Assembly (NCBI RefSeq): GCF_018977255.1
Contig: NW_024704842.1
Span: 1-64,000, forward strand
DNA from: Callorhinchus milii
Taxonomy: Eukaryota
DNA: 64,000 nt
Direction: 5' to 3'
Part shown: positions 25,847 through 38,552 of the stretch, piece by piece
Numbering within the stretch: the stretch's first letter is position 1
Layout of the letters: every line of letters begins with the position of its first letter
Translations under genes and position numbers: made by a program
The notes under the pieces: model-generated
Database searches by the model: none
What the model saw: the letters and a program-made list of their open reading frames with translations, nothing else
Told to the model about the DNA's origin: nothing

Positions 25847-26148
25847 GATCCAGTTATACAGTTTCCCAGTCACCGCCTCAACAAACTGCTTTTGCTGGTG
25901 AGAGGATAAATTTACATTGCCAATATTCAGGTTTCTGTGGACAGGATTTCAGCGTCTCCTGGTACCGTCAGTCCCCTGGCGAGGGACTGAAATACCTGCT
26001 CCACAGAAATCCCTCAGGAGAGGAAGGAAACCCCACCGGTGATAATATTTCTGCTTCTCTTGACACTGCCAAGAAAATCAGCATTTTAACCATCGCCGGT
26101 CTGCGGCTGACAGACTCCGCTATGTACCACTGTGCACTCAGTCTGCAC
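25847..26148 (+). CDS. Leaderless supporting TCR-delta V for NAR-TCR
   Basis: Phase-1 acceptor is in frame with the NAR J donor. Sequence SSYTVSQSPP..LHCQYSGFCGQDFSVSWYRQ..DSAMYHCALSLH, with a CDR1 Cys at 25936-25938. No hydrophobic leader exon upstream. RSS: CACAGTG 26149-26155, 23 bp, ACAATAACC 26179-26187. Confidence 0.92.
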
Positions 26149-26920
26149 CACAGTGATACACATCATAGGAAGCCTCGTACAATAACCCTCATCACAACCA
26201 AATCTGGGAAACAACACAGTACAGTCAGTGACAGACGGTGTAATAGACAATCTCCCAACGGCCACTGTGCCTTACACCTTACTGAACTCATATCAAGTCA
26301 TTTAAAATATGTGAAACTTTATTCGGTGTATATTTGTTTAGTTTTCATCAATAGATATTAGATAGGGATACATCTTTGACGGAATTTAGATGATAAGCTT
26401 GTTACAGATTTTAATAATTACGGTAATAAAAACCTCACAAAAATGTGATAGTCTGTGTGCTTGATGTCGTGGCGTATCGCTTCATTGAGCCGTCAAAAAG
26501 CGCTTCAGAGATTACGATGTAAATTTCATTGTATTTCGTAGTTAAATCGTCGCAACCAACAGTTTCTTTTTTAGAGTGAGAGAGGAACATCAACATTCTT
26601 TAGGATTATGGTCAGTAAAATGATAATATGAACCAAGTGTCAATAATTAAAGAACGTATGTCACTTATATTCACAAGGAGAATCCTTTAAGTGATATTTT
26701 ACTGTCAGTGGAGTCCAGTGCCTCAGTGGTTAGATAACTCAATTCGCAAGCGAGAAGACCTGGGATCGAATCCCAGACTGGGAGAAATGTTGGACAAGTG
26801 TCCTCAATCCACAAACACTTCTGTTTTCTTAGCTGTGAGTACGAACCCTTTTGTTAGTCGACTGACGGATCATTCTCCGAGACAGTAACCCCTGCATTAA
26901 ACAAGTTGGTCGTATTACAA

Positions 26921-27645
26921 CAAAACAACAACAAGATTCCATTTATAAAGCGCCTTTCACGTCAGGAGGACGTCCCAAGGCGCTGCACAGTTGGGTCATG
27001 ACCCGAGCAGGGGGGAAATGGTCAGAGTGAGGGGAGGGAAGGGAGGGAGCGAGGAGGGGGGAAATGGTCAGGGTGAGGGGAGGGAAGGGAGGGAGCGAGG
27101 AGGTGGAAGAGAGTCGAGAGGGGAGCTGAAGGCACGGTCAAAGAGAAAGGTTTTGAGACCGGCCTTGAAGGAGGAAAGGGAGGAAGCAAGGCGAAGGCAC
27201 TGGGGGATGGAGTTCCAGAGCCTCGGGGCTGAGAGGCTGAAGGCCCGACCACCGATGGTAGGGCGGTTGGGGCGGGGGACGTGGAGCAGACCGGAGCCAG
27301 AGGAACGGAGGGTACGGGCAGGTAGGTAGGGGGATAGTAGGTTGGAGAGGTAGGAGGGAGCAAGGCCGTGAATGGCCTTGTAGGTGAGGATGAGGATCTT
27401 GAAATCAATCCTCTGGGGGATGGGGAGCCAGTGGAGGCGAGCGAGGGTGGGAGTGATGTGGTCGCGAAGCCTGGTGCGGGACAGTACACGAGCTGCAGAG
27501 TTCTGAATGACCTGCAGTGTGGAGGGAGGTGGCGGGAAGGCCGGCGAGGGGAGAGTTCCCGTCGTCCAGCCTTGAGGTGACAAAGGCGTGAACCAGAGTT
27601 TCAGCAGCGTGAGGGGTGAGGTAATGCCGTAGTCTGGCGGCATTA
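26921..27645 (-). mobile_element. L2-clade LINE 3' fragment
   Basis: AAETLVHAFVTSRLD..QNSAARVL..HITPTLARLHWLPIPQRIDFKIL..LKTFLF, with (CAA)n tail. Confidence 0.92.
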
Positions 27646-27917
27646 CTATTACTAATTAATCCTTGCATTTAACATAGAGGTTTTCACTGATAGGTCACTC
27701 AATACACGACTGTTCGTGGGACACTGCTTGTGCGCTCCTGCAGAAAACACACAATGACTCCATCAAATGAAATGATGATTATGTAGCTTACAGCAGATGA
27801 ATTTTAGATAATCAATTATTTCAAATCACAATGGAAGTGTTTGTTACTGAATGTCAGACTGTAACCCTGAGTTGCACCTAATCTGCTGATTTCAACAATG
27901 TTTTAATGTTCTGATAG

Positions 27918-28097
27918 AGTCAGTATACAGGGGAGCCTCATCTGTAAACTCGGAGACATGATGATGATGGGGACACTTTCTGTGCTGAGTTTGCAACACA
28001 ACATTTAACGCCAAATCTGGACACGAGCAGCAAGAAATCCAATGTGTGTATGCTCCCCGTGGCTCCATCTAACACCAAGCATTACACTGCCATAACA
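27918..28097 (+). pseudogene. 5'-truncated V pseudogene 12
   Basis: FR2-FR3 remnant homologous to V13 (SQY.GEP..RRHDDDGDTF.AEFAT). Perfect RSS: CACAGTG 28098-28104, 23 bp, ACAAAAACC 28128-28136. Confidence 0.8.
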
Positions 28098-28538
28098 CAC
28101 AGTGGTACTGTCGGACTACATCACTGCACAAAAACCTCCAAAGAGGAGAGAAAGAGTTTCATCTCAGTACAGATTTTATTCCTGACAGTTGAGCTATTTG
28201 AGAATTTGTGACTTTGCTGCTGTATCTGTCAACAGGCAACATGCGACTTACTTCCAACCACAAGAAAACGTGATAATGTGTTTCACAAATGGAAAGAGTG
28301 AAAGAAATAAATAGTAATCCTTACATTTAATATAGCGCCTTATCACGGCTTCGAGATGTCTCTAAGCGCTTCACAGGATATACTATCAAGTGGATTCATT
28401 AATGTTTGCTCTTTTAAATAATTTGCGCTGTGAAATTCACGGTTGTTGTGCCACATCATTCTGACTTAAAACAATTTGGGGATTTTTCCTCTTCCTTAGC
28501 GTGACAGTGAATAAATAACATGCTGTCTCTGGCTATAG

Positions 28539-28840
28539 GGACAGGGAATAAAGTCAGCGTTGAACCATCACAGATGGAAGTGTCTGTTACCGAAGGCCAC
28601 GCCCTGACCTGCGCCCACTGTGCTGATTCCATCAAGGTTTTGAAGTTCTGGTAAAGTCAGTATCCAGGGGAGCCCCCACTGTACACATGGAGACATGATA
28701 ATGATGGGGACACTTTCAGTGCTGAATTTGCAACAAAATGTTTAAGCGCCATATCTGGACACGAGCAGGAAGAGAACCACTCCAACTTTGCTCCCGGTGG
28801 CTCTATTTAACACTGACACGTATTAGTGTGCAATCACTCA
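28539..28840 (+). pseudogene. TCR alpha/delta V pseudogene 13
   Basis: GNKVSVEPSQMEVSVTEG..FW*SQYPGEP..; YYC is TAT TAG TGT; frameshift present. RSS: CACAATG 28841-28847, 23 bp, ACATAAATC. Confidence 0.85.
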
Positions 28841-30557
28841 CACAATGTTACTGTCAGAATACACCGCTGTACATAAATCTTCATAGAGGGGAAAAAGGGT
28901 TTCATCTCAGCACAGGTGTTATTCCTCACAGTTGACCTATTTGACAAATTGTGATTTTGCTGCTGTGTCTCTCAGAGGAAACACATGACTGTATCCCCAA
29001 CCTGAAGAGAACAGTGAGAGAGTGTTTCACGTTGGAAAGAGTTAACGAAATAATTAGTATCCTTACATTCGACATAGCGCCTTAACACGAAATCGAGGCG
29101 TCTCAGAGCGCTTCACATTATCTACGGTTCAGTAAATTGACTGTGAATCGATTGAAAGACACAGTCACTGTACTTCATATTATACCATGTGCAGCACTTT
29201 GGGACTTCTGACTTTCTTAATACCTTTGCACATTTGGCTACAGATTTTCGGGTCATTACCCTCAGTGCAAATTAACTTTACACACTTCAGGGACACCCTG
29301 TGTTGGTATTAATGTTTTGTAAGCGAATCAAAATGTAAACGGGTATTTAATTACAGTCCATCATTTATCGGTTATCCGGTGTTACACTCCATTTATATGG
29401 TAAACGTTTACAGCTTCTGAATTTACCATGCAGATTGAAGACATGTGGCCAGACGGGAGACGGGAGACGGCAAGCCAATCTTTAACCGAAAGAGTTTTTA
29501 CGGTTTAGAAACAATTTTACTATCTGAAAGTGCGGGGGAACCAGATTCGATCGTAGCTCTCAAAAGGGAATTGGGTTCCTGCTTACAAAGTAAACCAAAA
29601 TTGACTGGCAATCTTCGAAACGAAATTTTTATTGAATGTGTTCATTTCCATGAAGAAATAACAGCAACGGTGGTCGTGAATAACATTTTGTGAAGAATAA
29701 TTGGTGCATGATCAGCTAACCTTGTGAATATCATAACTATATTACTGGCGAAGAGTGAGACAATTATCGAAGTCATACCGTGCACATGTCTTTGGTACTT
29801 CAAATATTGGTGTTTAATTTTCCCACTTGAGAATTTTTGGTCAGCAAATGAGGAAACCCATTACCGTGCTAAAGAGAGTCGATACCAAACTGAGATTTCC
29901 AAGTGTACCAAGAACACACGGACAGTCCATACATATATTATTGCAATTAAAGGGACATTCTCTCCCTGAAGGCTAACACCTTGCTTAGCTTATTCTGGAA
30001 AGTTGCAGGCAGGTTGGCAAGATTTATGATTTGCGGACATCAGAGTTTTCTTTGGGGTATCTGCTGACGTCCAGCCAGTTAAGTCACATAGCTTATAATC
30101 CTTGCACTTGATATAGCGCTTTTCACGTCGGGAGGACGTCCCAAAGCGCTTCACAGAACACACTGTAAAGTGAATTGACTGTATATTTGTGGGCGAACGC
30201 GGCAGCCAATTGCGCACAGCAATGTCCCACAAACAGTCGTAGATTGAAAATGACCCAATTTTTTTTTTATTATTGTTTTTTGGTTTTTTTGGAGGGATTA
30301 TTATTATCTTGTTGATACTCGTCAACAAGGTGATGTCTCACCACTGTAATCATAGACAGACTGCAGACATGGTTGCTATTGATAGCGCTGTCTGCAAGCA
30401 TTCCCGCTGCTTGCCCAACTAGGGCCATCCTGCGCCTTCTTGTTTAGCTTACAAGCTTAACAGGAACTGCGTGGGGGGATTCCATGACGTCAGTCGCTGG
30501 TGAAAGCCTCTGTATAAAATAAGTTGGTTGTATTCAAACTCGGCTGAAAAGCAATGA

Positions 30558-30654
30558 GGTGACGTGAGACTGTGGCTCCGCTAACGACGACAATCACTGC
30601 TGGTTACCAGCAAACTGATGCCACAGACTCAACCACACAGACTGAAGAGCAGCA
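30558..30654 (+). promoter_or_regulatory. Conserved V promoter module (CRE-like GGTGACGTGAG), paralogous copies upstream of V9, V17, V20
   Basis: The same ..AATGAGGTGACGTGAGACTG..CAGCAAACTGATGC..GAGCAGCAATG block precedes each leader of this family. CRE-like elements are established TCR V promoter motifs. Confidence 0.55.
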
Positions 30655-31967
30655 ATGAGGCTGTTTGCAGTCTGTCTTGTGATGGGAACCTTCATGTCAG
30701 GTGAGACAGTGTTGAGCTAATTCAATGTTGGTAATGATTGTCAGTTCCATTTGAACAACAGTTGGCGGAGGGAGACCTGAATCCTTGTGTTTAGTGCACT
30801 CGCCGCGCAAGCGACAAGACTTGGGTTCGATTCCCCGGCAGAACAAGGCAATTTTTTTTACAAGATTCCTCACTCCACTCATACGCATCTGTTTACTCAG
30901 CAGTATGTAGATCATTGTTTGCTTCATTACCCGTTTTATCGAAAGGTACAATAACACCCTCCAAATCATTATGATTTCTCAAATATTTTTAGTGGATTGA
31001 CGGATCGGTTATCCGGGTTAATAATGGCTTAAATAATAATAATAATAATAATAATCCTTGCATTGGATATAGCGCTTTACACGTCGGGAGGACGTCCCAA
31101 AGCGCTTCACAGAACAAACTGTAAAGTGAATTGACTGTATATTTGTGGGCGAACGCGGCAGCCAATTGCGCACAGCAATGTCCCACAAACAGTCGTAGAT
31201 TGAAAATGACAAATTTATTGTTTTTGGTTTTGGAGGGATTATTATTAGGCGTGTGGAGTAAGGAAACTTGCCCAAGGTTTCGCCCTGCCTGGAATTGAAC
31301 TCAGGTCTCTCGCTTGCAAAGCGAGTGCTCTAACCACTGAGCTACAGGACTCCACTAAATGGTTTAAATGGATAACTAGACAACTCATTCCACTAAACAA
31401 TGTGCCCTAATGCACTGCGCAATTCGTTGCTGCTTTTCCCCAATAAAGACACACAGGAATTAACTTTGCTGTGTACTGTGTGTAGCGCTATCAGAAGTCT
31501 CAAAATGCGAAAATGTGCTATGTAAAAGAATTTGATTATTACTATTTCATTATTAGCAAATTACACGCGTGTAGCACCTTTCTCATCAGGATAAGCGCAG
31601 AAAAAAATAATTCAAGCAAACAGTGAAGAATAATATATTCCATGTTCATTACAGAACTCTGTGATGGGGATCCTGTTAGTCAGAAAGCTGCCTCGATGGT
31701 TAAGAGAAAAGGAGAAACTGCGAGTTTTGAATGTCCTTATTCCACTACATTAAGCAGTTACGATCTCTCCTGGTATCGACATTACCCAGAGAAGCAGCCA
31801 GAGTATATAGTTCGGCGAAATTCTGGGAATGAAAATCAGTACAGAGGAGCAGGATTTGGAAATCGTTTCTCTGCTCAGCTGCACAAATCCAATTCATCCA
31901 CCAGTTTATCCATCTCTGAGCTGGTGGTGTCTGACAGCGCTGTGTATTATTGTGCCTTTAATTCCAC
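30655..31967 (+). CDS. TCR alpha/delta V segment 14, functional (leader 30655-30700; V exon 31655-31967)
   Basis: Leader MRLFAVCLVMGTFMS + GTGAGA donor. V exon ELCDGDPVSQ..FECPYS..LSWYRH..DSAVYYCAFNST. RSS: CACAGTG 31968-31974, 23 bp, ACAAAAACT 31998-32006. Confidence 0.93.
31032..31355 (-). mobile_element. Full-length tRNA-derived SINE (representative of many partial copies in the window)
   Basis: Box A/B head (GTAGCTCAGTGGTTAGAGCA..GTTCAATTCC), central TGGGACATTGCTGTGCGCAATTGGCTGCCGCG, L2-like tail and (ATT)n. Confidence 0.9.
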
Positions 31968-33154
31968 CACAGTGATAGACTGCACTGCAAGCCTCGTACA
32001 AAAACTGCCTTCACTCTGCACATAGGGATGATCTGTCTGTTGAAGTGTGTACGGAAACTTGGTCAGGCCTCGAGGCCCTGCGGGGATCAGACATGTCTGT
32101 TGTCAGACTCAGAGGAAACCACAATCACATCACATCAACTTGTGAGCTGAACATTCACTTCATTTTATGGCACAATAAAGGCAGACAACAATTATCGAGT
32201 AGCTACAGTTCCAGCTGCTTTTGATGTACTTCGGTTTACAAAAAAATTAAATTAATCATGTCTCTGTTGTTTTATTACATTTCACGGAGACCTTTAGCGG
32301 AGACGGAGTAACACTCGCATCGCCAACGAGAGGACGCTGATTCGATTCCATGGCGGATGAAACCTTAGGCAAAGTTCCCCACTACACACACACACCTTGT
32401 TTACCGAGCAGTGAGTAAGAATTCGTTTGTAAATCGATTGGTGGTTCACTTTTCCAGGGGATAATAATCCCATCAAAATAATATTGGTCACTGAATCTAT
32501 GACGGTTTATGTGGATGCCAATCATCCCACGGATCGAATCTAAACAATTATTGATATACTGAGAGAGCGACATGAGTGTCCTGGTTGGTAGTGATGGTGG
32601 AGGTCGTTGAGGTTGAGTGGCAGAAACCGTGGAAGCATTTAAACGTGGAAAAGGATACACACCATCAAATAAAAACTCTCTGTCCACTTGGCTCCTTCTC
32701 AAGACCTTCCTTTAAAACCGTCTCTTCACTCATCATGCATCCTCCATTCACTCTACACTCCACCGCGATCTTCTCCCAAGCTGCAGCTCCAGTGCAGAAC
32801 ACTTCCCTGTCCTGAGACTTTGGACGTTCTCCCGACACGAAAGGCGCAGCGTCATGCAACTTGTTGTTGTAATTGTTGTCTTAGCGACGCTTGATGAAAT
32901 GCAAGGATTATTATGATTCCTCCTCACCAAATTTTATCCAAAAGAGTTATGTAATGATGTCGGGGTGGCACTGAAATCACTGAACATAAAAGTGAGTTTA
33001 GTCCACTGTCCATAATTGTCAGCCTGACAGCAAGGTCACGGTTTGAGCTTGTCAAGGAAACGCTGCTGTGGGGTCACGGATGTGATGGTGAAACCCGTCA
33101 CCGTCGACAAACACTTTCCATCATCAAACTCTGGTGGCAAAAGCTTCTTTGTGA

Positions 33155-34058
33155 ATGGCGACAATGCGACAGTTCATGGATTACCTTATCCTGTTGAGCT
33201 TTATGTCAGGTGAGGCTGTGTGTCACACAAGTCAGATTTATGTTTATATAGAGACAGTCTCATCTGTAGGACGGTTCAAGAGGTCTAACATTCTTGGCTT
33301 TGTCTCCAGACGCGGGGTTAAGAGTCAGATTATTCGTAACGGAAATATAATACGAATAATAATCATTGCATTTGGTATAGCACTTTTTGCATCTTCGAGA
33401 CGTCACGAACCACTGCATAGAATATACTGGATAGTGCAGTGACTGTGTGTTTAGTGGGCGAAACGGAGAATCCAAATTCGCAGAGCAGTATCCCCACAAA
33501 CAGTAGTGGATTAGTTAGTCATTATTATCCCGGAAAGGTCATCCACCAATCGACCAGCAGCTGGGTTCCTACTTACTGCTCGGAAAACAGGGGCGTATGT
33601 ATAGATAGGAAACTTCCCAAAGTTTATCCCGGTCCTGCCAGGGAAGGGACCCGAGTCCTATCGCTTTCGAGGCGAGTGTACTGTCCACTGAGCTGCAGGA
33701 GTAATGTAGCGCCATGTTTCAAGTTGATCCTTGCCTCTCGTTGCAGATGTGGTGCTGGGAGCTCCAGTCAGACAGCAGAGAGCGGGGCTGAGCAAACAAG
33801 AGGGAGACACAGTTATTCTTAGCTGCTCATATATCAACAGTTCGAACTATGTTGCTCTGTATTGGTACAGGCATCACCCAGGCCTCGCTCCCCAATACAT
33901 TCTCTACAGGCATAGTAATGGGATTGACAACACTGCAGATTACGCCAAAGGCCGCTTCGCTTCACATCTTGGCAAGAATCAGTTGCAATCCACATTAATC
34001 ATTCCCAGTGTCATTGTCAATGACGCTGCCACGTACTATTGTGCCTTAACATCAGTTG
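33155..34058 (+). CDS. TCR alpha/delta V segment 15, functional (leader 33155-33209; V exon 33747-34058)
   Basis: Leader MATMRQFMDYLILLSFMS + GTGAGG donor. V exon DVVLGAPVRQ..LSCSY..LYWYRH..DAATYYCALTSVA. RSS: CACAGTG 34059-34065, 23 bp, ACACAAACC 34089-34097. Confidence 0.92.
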
Positions 34059-34562
34059 CACAGTGCTGCAAGGCAATGACTTCCCCGTACACAAACCCAA
34101 TTTACGTTGAGTCACAATGTTACGCCAAACAACTCTGCTTTCATTGTTATACATGTAAACTAAAACTTCTTACAAAGAAGGTTTCATTCCATTGAAGGCC
34201 TATAGCTTATTTGTAAGAGGTTTCGCCCAGCAAGCGACGGGACATTTGTTTGATTCCCCACCGGGCAAAATTTGGCACAGCGCCACACGCCTCTGTTTGA
34301 TTTGCAGTTCGCAGGAACGCGGTTGGTTGTCGATCGGCGGATCGCTTTTCTAGGGGTAATGATCCCTATAAAAATATTAACAGTAAATTGTTCACTCAAT
34401 CCTGGACAGTGAGAGGGACCTCGATGAGCGCAATTAGCTGCCGCGATTCACCCACAAAACATGCAGTGACGAGATTTTGCAGTGTTTCCTGTGAAGCGAT
34501 TTGAAATTACTGGATGACGTGATAAGTCGCTGCATCAAATGCAATGATTCTTTTTATTATTT

Positions 34563-34601
34563 CACTGTGTTATTAACAGACTACACCTCTATCAATAAAT
34601 C
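34563..34601 (+). other. Orphan degenerate 23-RSS (V12/V13 family) with no V; duplicate starts at 39977
   Basis: CACTGTG + TTATTAACAGACTACACCTCTAT (17/23 identical to the V13 spacer) + CAATAAATC, followed by V12/V13-type 3' flank. The SINE tail (..ATGCAATGATTCTTTTTATTATTT) abuts the heptamer. Confidence 0.65.
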
Positions 34602-34928
34602 ACTAAAGAGGAGAGGGAGGGTTTGATCACAGCACAGATGTTAGTCTGACAGCTGACATATTTAACAAGTTCTGACTTTGCCTCTGTGTCTCTCATAGGA
34701 GACACCTGACTAATTGACCACCAGAAGCAAACAATGAAAGAGAAAAACAACAACATGGTTCCATTTGTAGAGCGCCTTTCACGTCGGGAGTACCCAGAGG
34801 GGTGGGTGCTAAGGAAGCTTGCCTAAGATTGTGCCCTGTCCTGTCCGGGAATCGAACCCGTGTCCTCTCGCTTGCGAGGCGAGCGCTCTGACCACAGAGC
34901 TAAATGATTCCACGCTCTTGTCTTCCAG

Positions 34929-35235
34929 GCCTGATTCAGGGAAACTCTGTGACACAGAAGGTGGCTTCAGTGACTGGGGAAGAAGGAGGAAGTGTGACTA
35001 TGGAATGTCGTTATGATACGTCTCTGTGCGGCTACCATTTATATTGGTATCGAGAACAACAAGAAACACAACCACAGTATGTGCTTAAAAGTGTTCTGGT
35101 GGTGGTACATATAAAGCAGATTTTGCTGAAAAGCGGTTCTCTGCTGAGCTCCGAAACTCGACAAAGTTCAGCAGTTTAACCATCTCCCTGTTGGAGCTGT
35201 CTGACAGCGCTGTATATTACTGTGCTCTCCAACCA
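34929..35235 (+). pseudogene. TCR alpha/delta V pseudogene 16 (paralogue of V8)
   Basis: 1-nt deletion after CTTAAAAG; no leader found upstream; CDR1 is SLCGYHLYW. RSS: CACAGTG 35236-35242, 23 bp, ACAAAAACT. Confidence 0.9.
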
Positions 35236-36047
35236 CACAGTGATGGGAACCAGTCAGAGACTCGTACAAAAACTAACAGCGTTTAGTGGGTTTGTGCTTC
35301 TGTCTCTCGAGGCCGCAGCAGCGATTTACTGTGGGAAGAGAGAAGAGAAAAAGACACAAGAAGAACGCACATTGACAGCACATATGACAGTGACAAAAAC
35401 AACTCAATCACCCGACGATGTCAACGACTTTTGCCATAATGTTTGTTAAGGTACAGACCTGTTTTCAATTCCCCACAAGGCGAAAGGTTGAGCAAGTTTA
35501 AATAATGCGCAAACCTCTGTTTAGCATTAGGTAGGAACCTCATGACTTAACCACCGTTAAAAATTCGTACAAAAATTATAATAAATTTTGGTCACTCAAT
35601 GCACGACTGTTTACGATCCACCGTTGTGTACAATTGGCTGCCGATTTTCGCGCAAACGTCAGACGGCAACTACACACCGTTATGTATTCTGTGAAGCGCT
35701 TTGAGCCCTCTGGATGATTTCATAAGACGCTACAGAAAACGGAAGAATTATTGTCATTATGAACAGCCTGCCAGTTAGGGCTTGGGATTGCAGTGCTAAT
35801 AGGAGCTGAATGGGAGAATTCCCGTTATTGCTACGGCTTCAAGGATTAAAACAAAATGCGTGAGAGGATTCCCAGCGCACAGTGAATGGAGAAACCCGCG
35901 GTATATAAGCCATTGGTTGTTGTGTTGAAACGCGGCTGAGATGCCAATGAGGTGACGTGAGACTGTGGCTCCGCCAATGCCGACAATCGCTGCGGGTTAC
36001 CAGCAAACTGATGCCACAGACACAACCACACAGACTGAAGAGCAGCA

Positions 36048-37024
36048 ATGAAGCTGTTTGCTGTCTGTTTTGCGCTGGGAACCTTTATGTCAGGTGAGGT
36101 CGTGTTGAACTAATTCAGTGTTGCTGCTGATTGTCAGCTCCACTTCAACAACAATTGGTGGAGGCAGACCTGTAGCTCAGTCGTTAAAGCACTCGCCTCT
36201 CAAGTGGGAAGACCTGTAGTTCGATACCCAGACAGGACAGGGCGAAATCGTAGGCAAGTTTCCTTGCACATCACACACGTCTCTAGTAGTAAGCAGAACA
36301 CAATCTGTTTCATCATCCGTTGGAATATAAGGTGTATTATCGACTTCCAAATAATAATAATTTCTCAAACCTTTTTATTGGATTAGCGGATCTCTTTTCC
36401 GCTGATGATATTCCCCTGTCAAATTATCAATAAAATAAGATAGCTCATTCGACAAGTAAATGTGGGTCACTGTTGTGCGAAATTGGCTGCTGCCTTTCGC
36501 CAACAAAACTGCACAGCCATTCACTTTAAAGTATATTATGTGTAGCGCTTTCCGAAGTCTCAACAATCTGATGAAATTTAACATAAATTGATGCTTACTA
36601 TTTCATTATTGACAAATTAGAGGTATATGGCGGCCTTCACATCAGTATAGGCGATGCGAAAAATAATTCAGGCAAACAGTGATTAATAATATATTCCATG
36701 TTTATTACAGAAATCTGTGATGGGGATTCCGTCAGTCAGAAAGCTGCCACGACGGTTAAGATAGAAGGACAATCTGAGGTTATTGAATGTACTTATTCCA
36801 CTACTGTTGGCTATTACTATCTCTTCTGGTACCGACATTACCCAGACCAGCAGCCAGAGTTTATATTTCGCAGCTATAGTAACCGTGACAATCCCGTCAA
36901 AGGACCAGGATTTGGAAACCGTTTCACTGCTGAGCTGCACAAATCCATCTCATTCACCGGTTTAACCATCTCTGAGCTGGTGTTGTCTGACAGCGCTGTG
37001 TATTACTGTGCCTTTACGTCTCAC
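36048..37024 (+). CDS. TCR alpha/delta V segment 17, functional (leader 36048-36093; V exon 36711-37024)
   Basis: Leader MKLFAVCFALGTFMS. V exon EICDGDSVSQ..IECTYS..LFWYRH..DSAVYYCAFTSH. RSS: CACAGTG 37025-37031, 23 bp, ACAGAAACT. Confidence 0.93.
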
Positions 37025-38552
37025 CACAGTGATAGACTGCACTGCAAGTCTCGTACAGAAACTGCCTTCACTTATATACATCGATATGATCTGTCTGTTG
37101 AATTGTGTTCGGAAATTTGATCAGGCCTTCAGGCCCTTCGGGAAGCAAACATATCTGTAATCACACTGAGAGGAAACCACACTCACCTCACAACGACTTG
37201 TCAGCTAAACGTTCACAATTAATGCAGACAGCAATTTGTGAACGAAATAGGCGCCACAGGACCTGTTAGAGTTGATTGGTTTTGCTTTGTAAATATAATT
37301 TTAAAAAATCTTTTGCAATAAATCCACGTGATCGTCGCACACTAAAATATATTTTTCGNAAAAAATGTCATCACGATTGATAGAGCGACACTGCTGTGCA
37401 AAATTGGCTGACAAGTCTGTCTGATGATCTGTCTGTTTAAGTGTGTACGGAAACTTGGTCAGGCCTCGAGGCCCTGCGGGAATCAGACATGTCTGTTGTC
37501 AGACTCAGAGGGAACCACAATCACATCACATCAACTTGTGAGCTGAACATTCACATCATTATATGGCACAATAAAGGAAGACAACAATTAACGAGTAGCT
37601 ACAGTTCCAGCTGCTCTTGATGTACTTCGGTTTACAAAAAACAAATTTATTAATCATGTCTCTGTTGTTTTATTACATTTCATGGAGTCCTTTAGCGGAG
37701 ACGGAGTAACACTCGCATCGCCAACGAGAGGACGCTGATTCGATTCCATGGCGGATGAAACCTTAGGCAAAGTTCCCCACTACACACACATACCTTGTTT
37801 ACCGAGCAGTGAATAAGAATTCGTTTGTAAATCGATTGGTGGTTCACTTTTCCAGGGGATAATAATCCCATCAAAATAATATTGGTCACTGAATCTATGA
37901 CGGTTTATGTGGATGCCAATCATCCCACGGATCGAATCTAAACAATTATTGATATACTGAGAGAGCGAAATGTGTGTCCTGGTTGGTAGTGATGGTGGAG
38001 GTCGTTGAGGTTGAGTGGCAGAAACCGTGGAAGCATTTAAACGTGGAAAAGGATACACACCATCAAATAAAAACTCTCCGTCCACTTGGCTCCTTCTCAA
38101 GACCTTCCTTTAAAACCGTCTCTTCACTCATCATGCATCCTCCATTCACTGTACACTCCACCCCGATCTTCTCCCAAACTGCAGCTCCAGTGCAGAACAC
38201 TTCCCTGTCCTGAGACTTTGGACGTTCTCCCGACACGAAAGGCGCAGCGTCATGCAACTTGTTGTTGTAATTGTTGTCTTAGCGACGCTTGATGAAATGC
38301 AAGGATTATTATGATTCCTCCTCACCAAATTTTATCCAAAAGAGTTATGTAATGATGTCGGGGTTTCACTGAAATCACTGAACATAAAAGTGAGTTTAGT
38401 CCACTGTCCATAATTGTTAGCCTGACAGCAAGGTCACAGTTTGAGCTTGTCAAGGAAACGCTGCTGTGGGGTCACAGATGTGATGCTGAAACCCGTCACC
38501 GTCGACAAACACTTTCCATCATCAAACTCTGGTGGCAAAAGCTTCTTTGTGA

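Noticed and set aside
31255-31355. tRNA-like sequences (box A/B), here and at many other sites
   Set aside because: They are heads of a dispersed tRNA-derived SINE continuing into a shared core and L2-like tail, not stand-alone tRNA genes.
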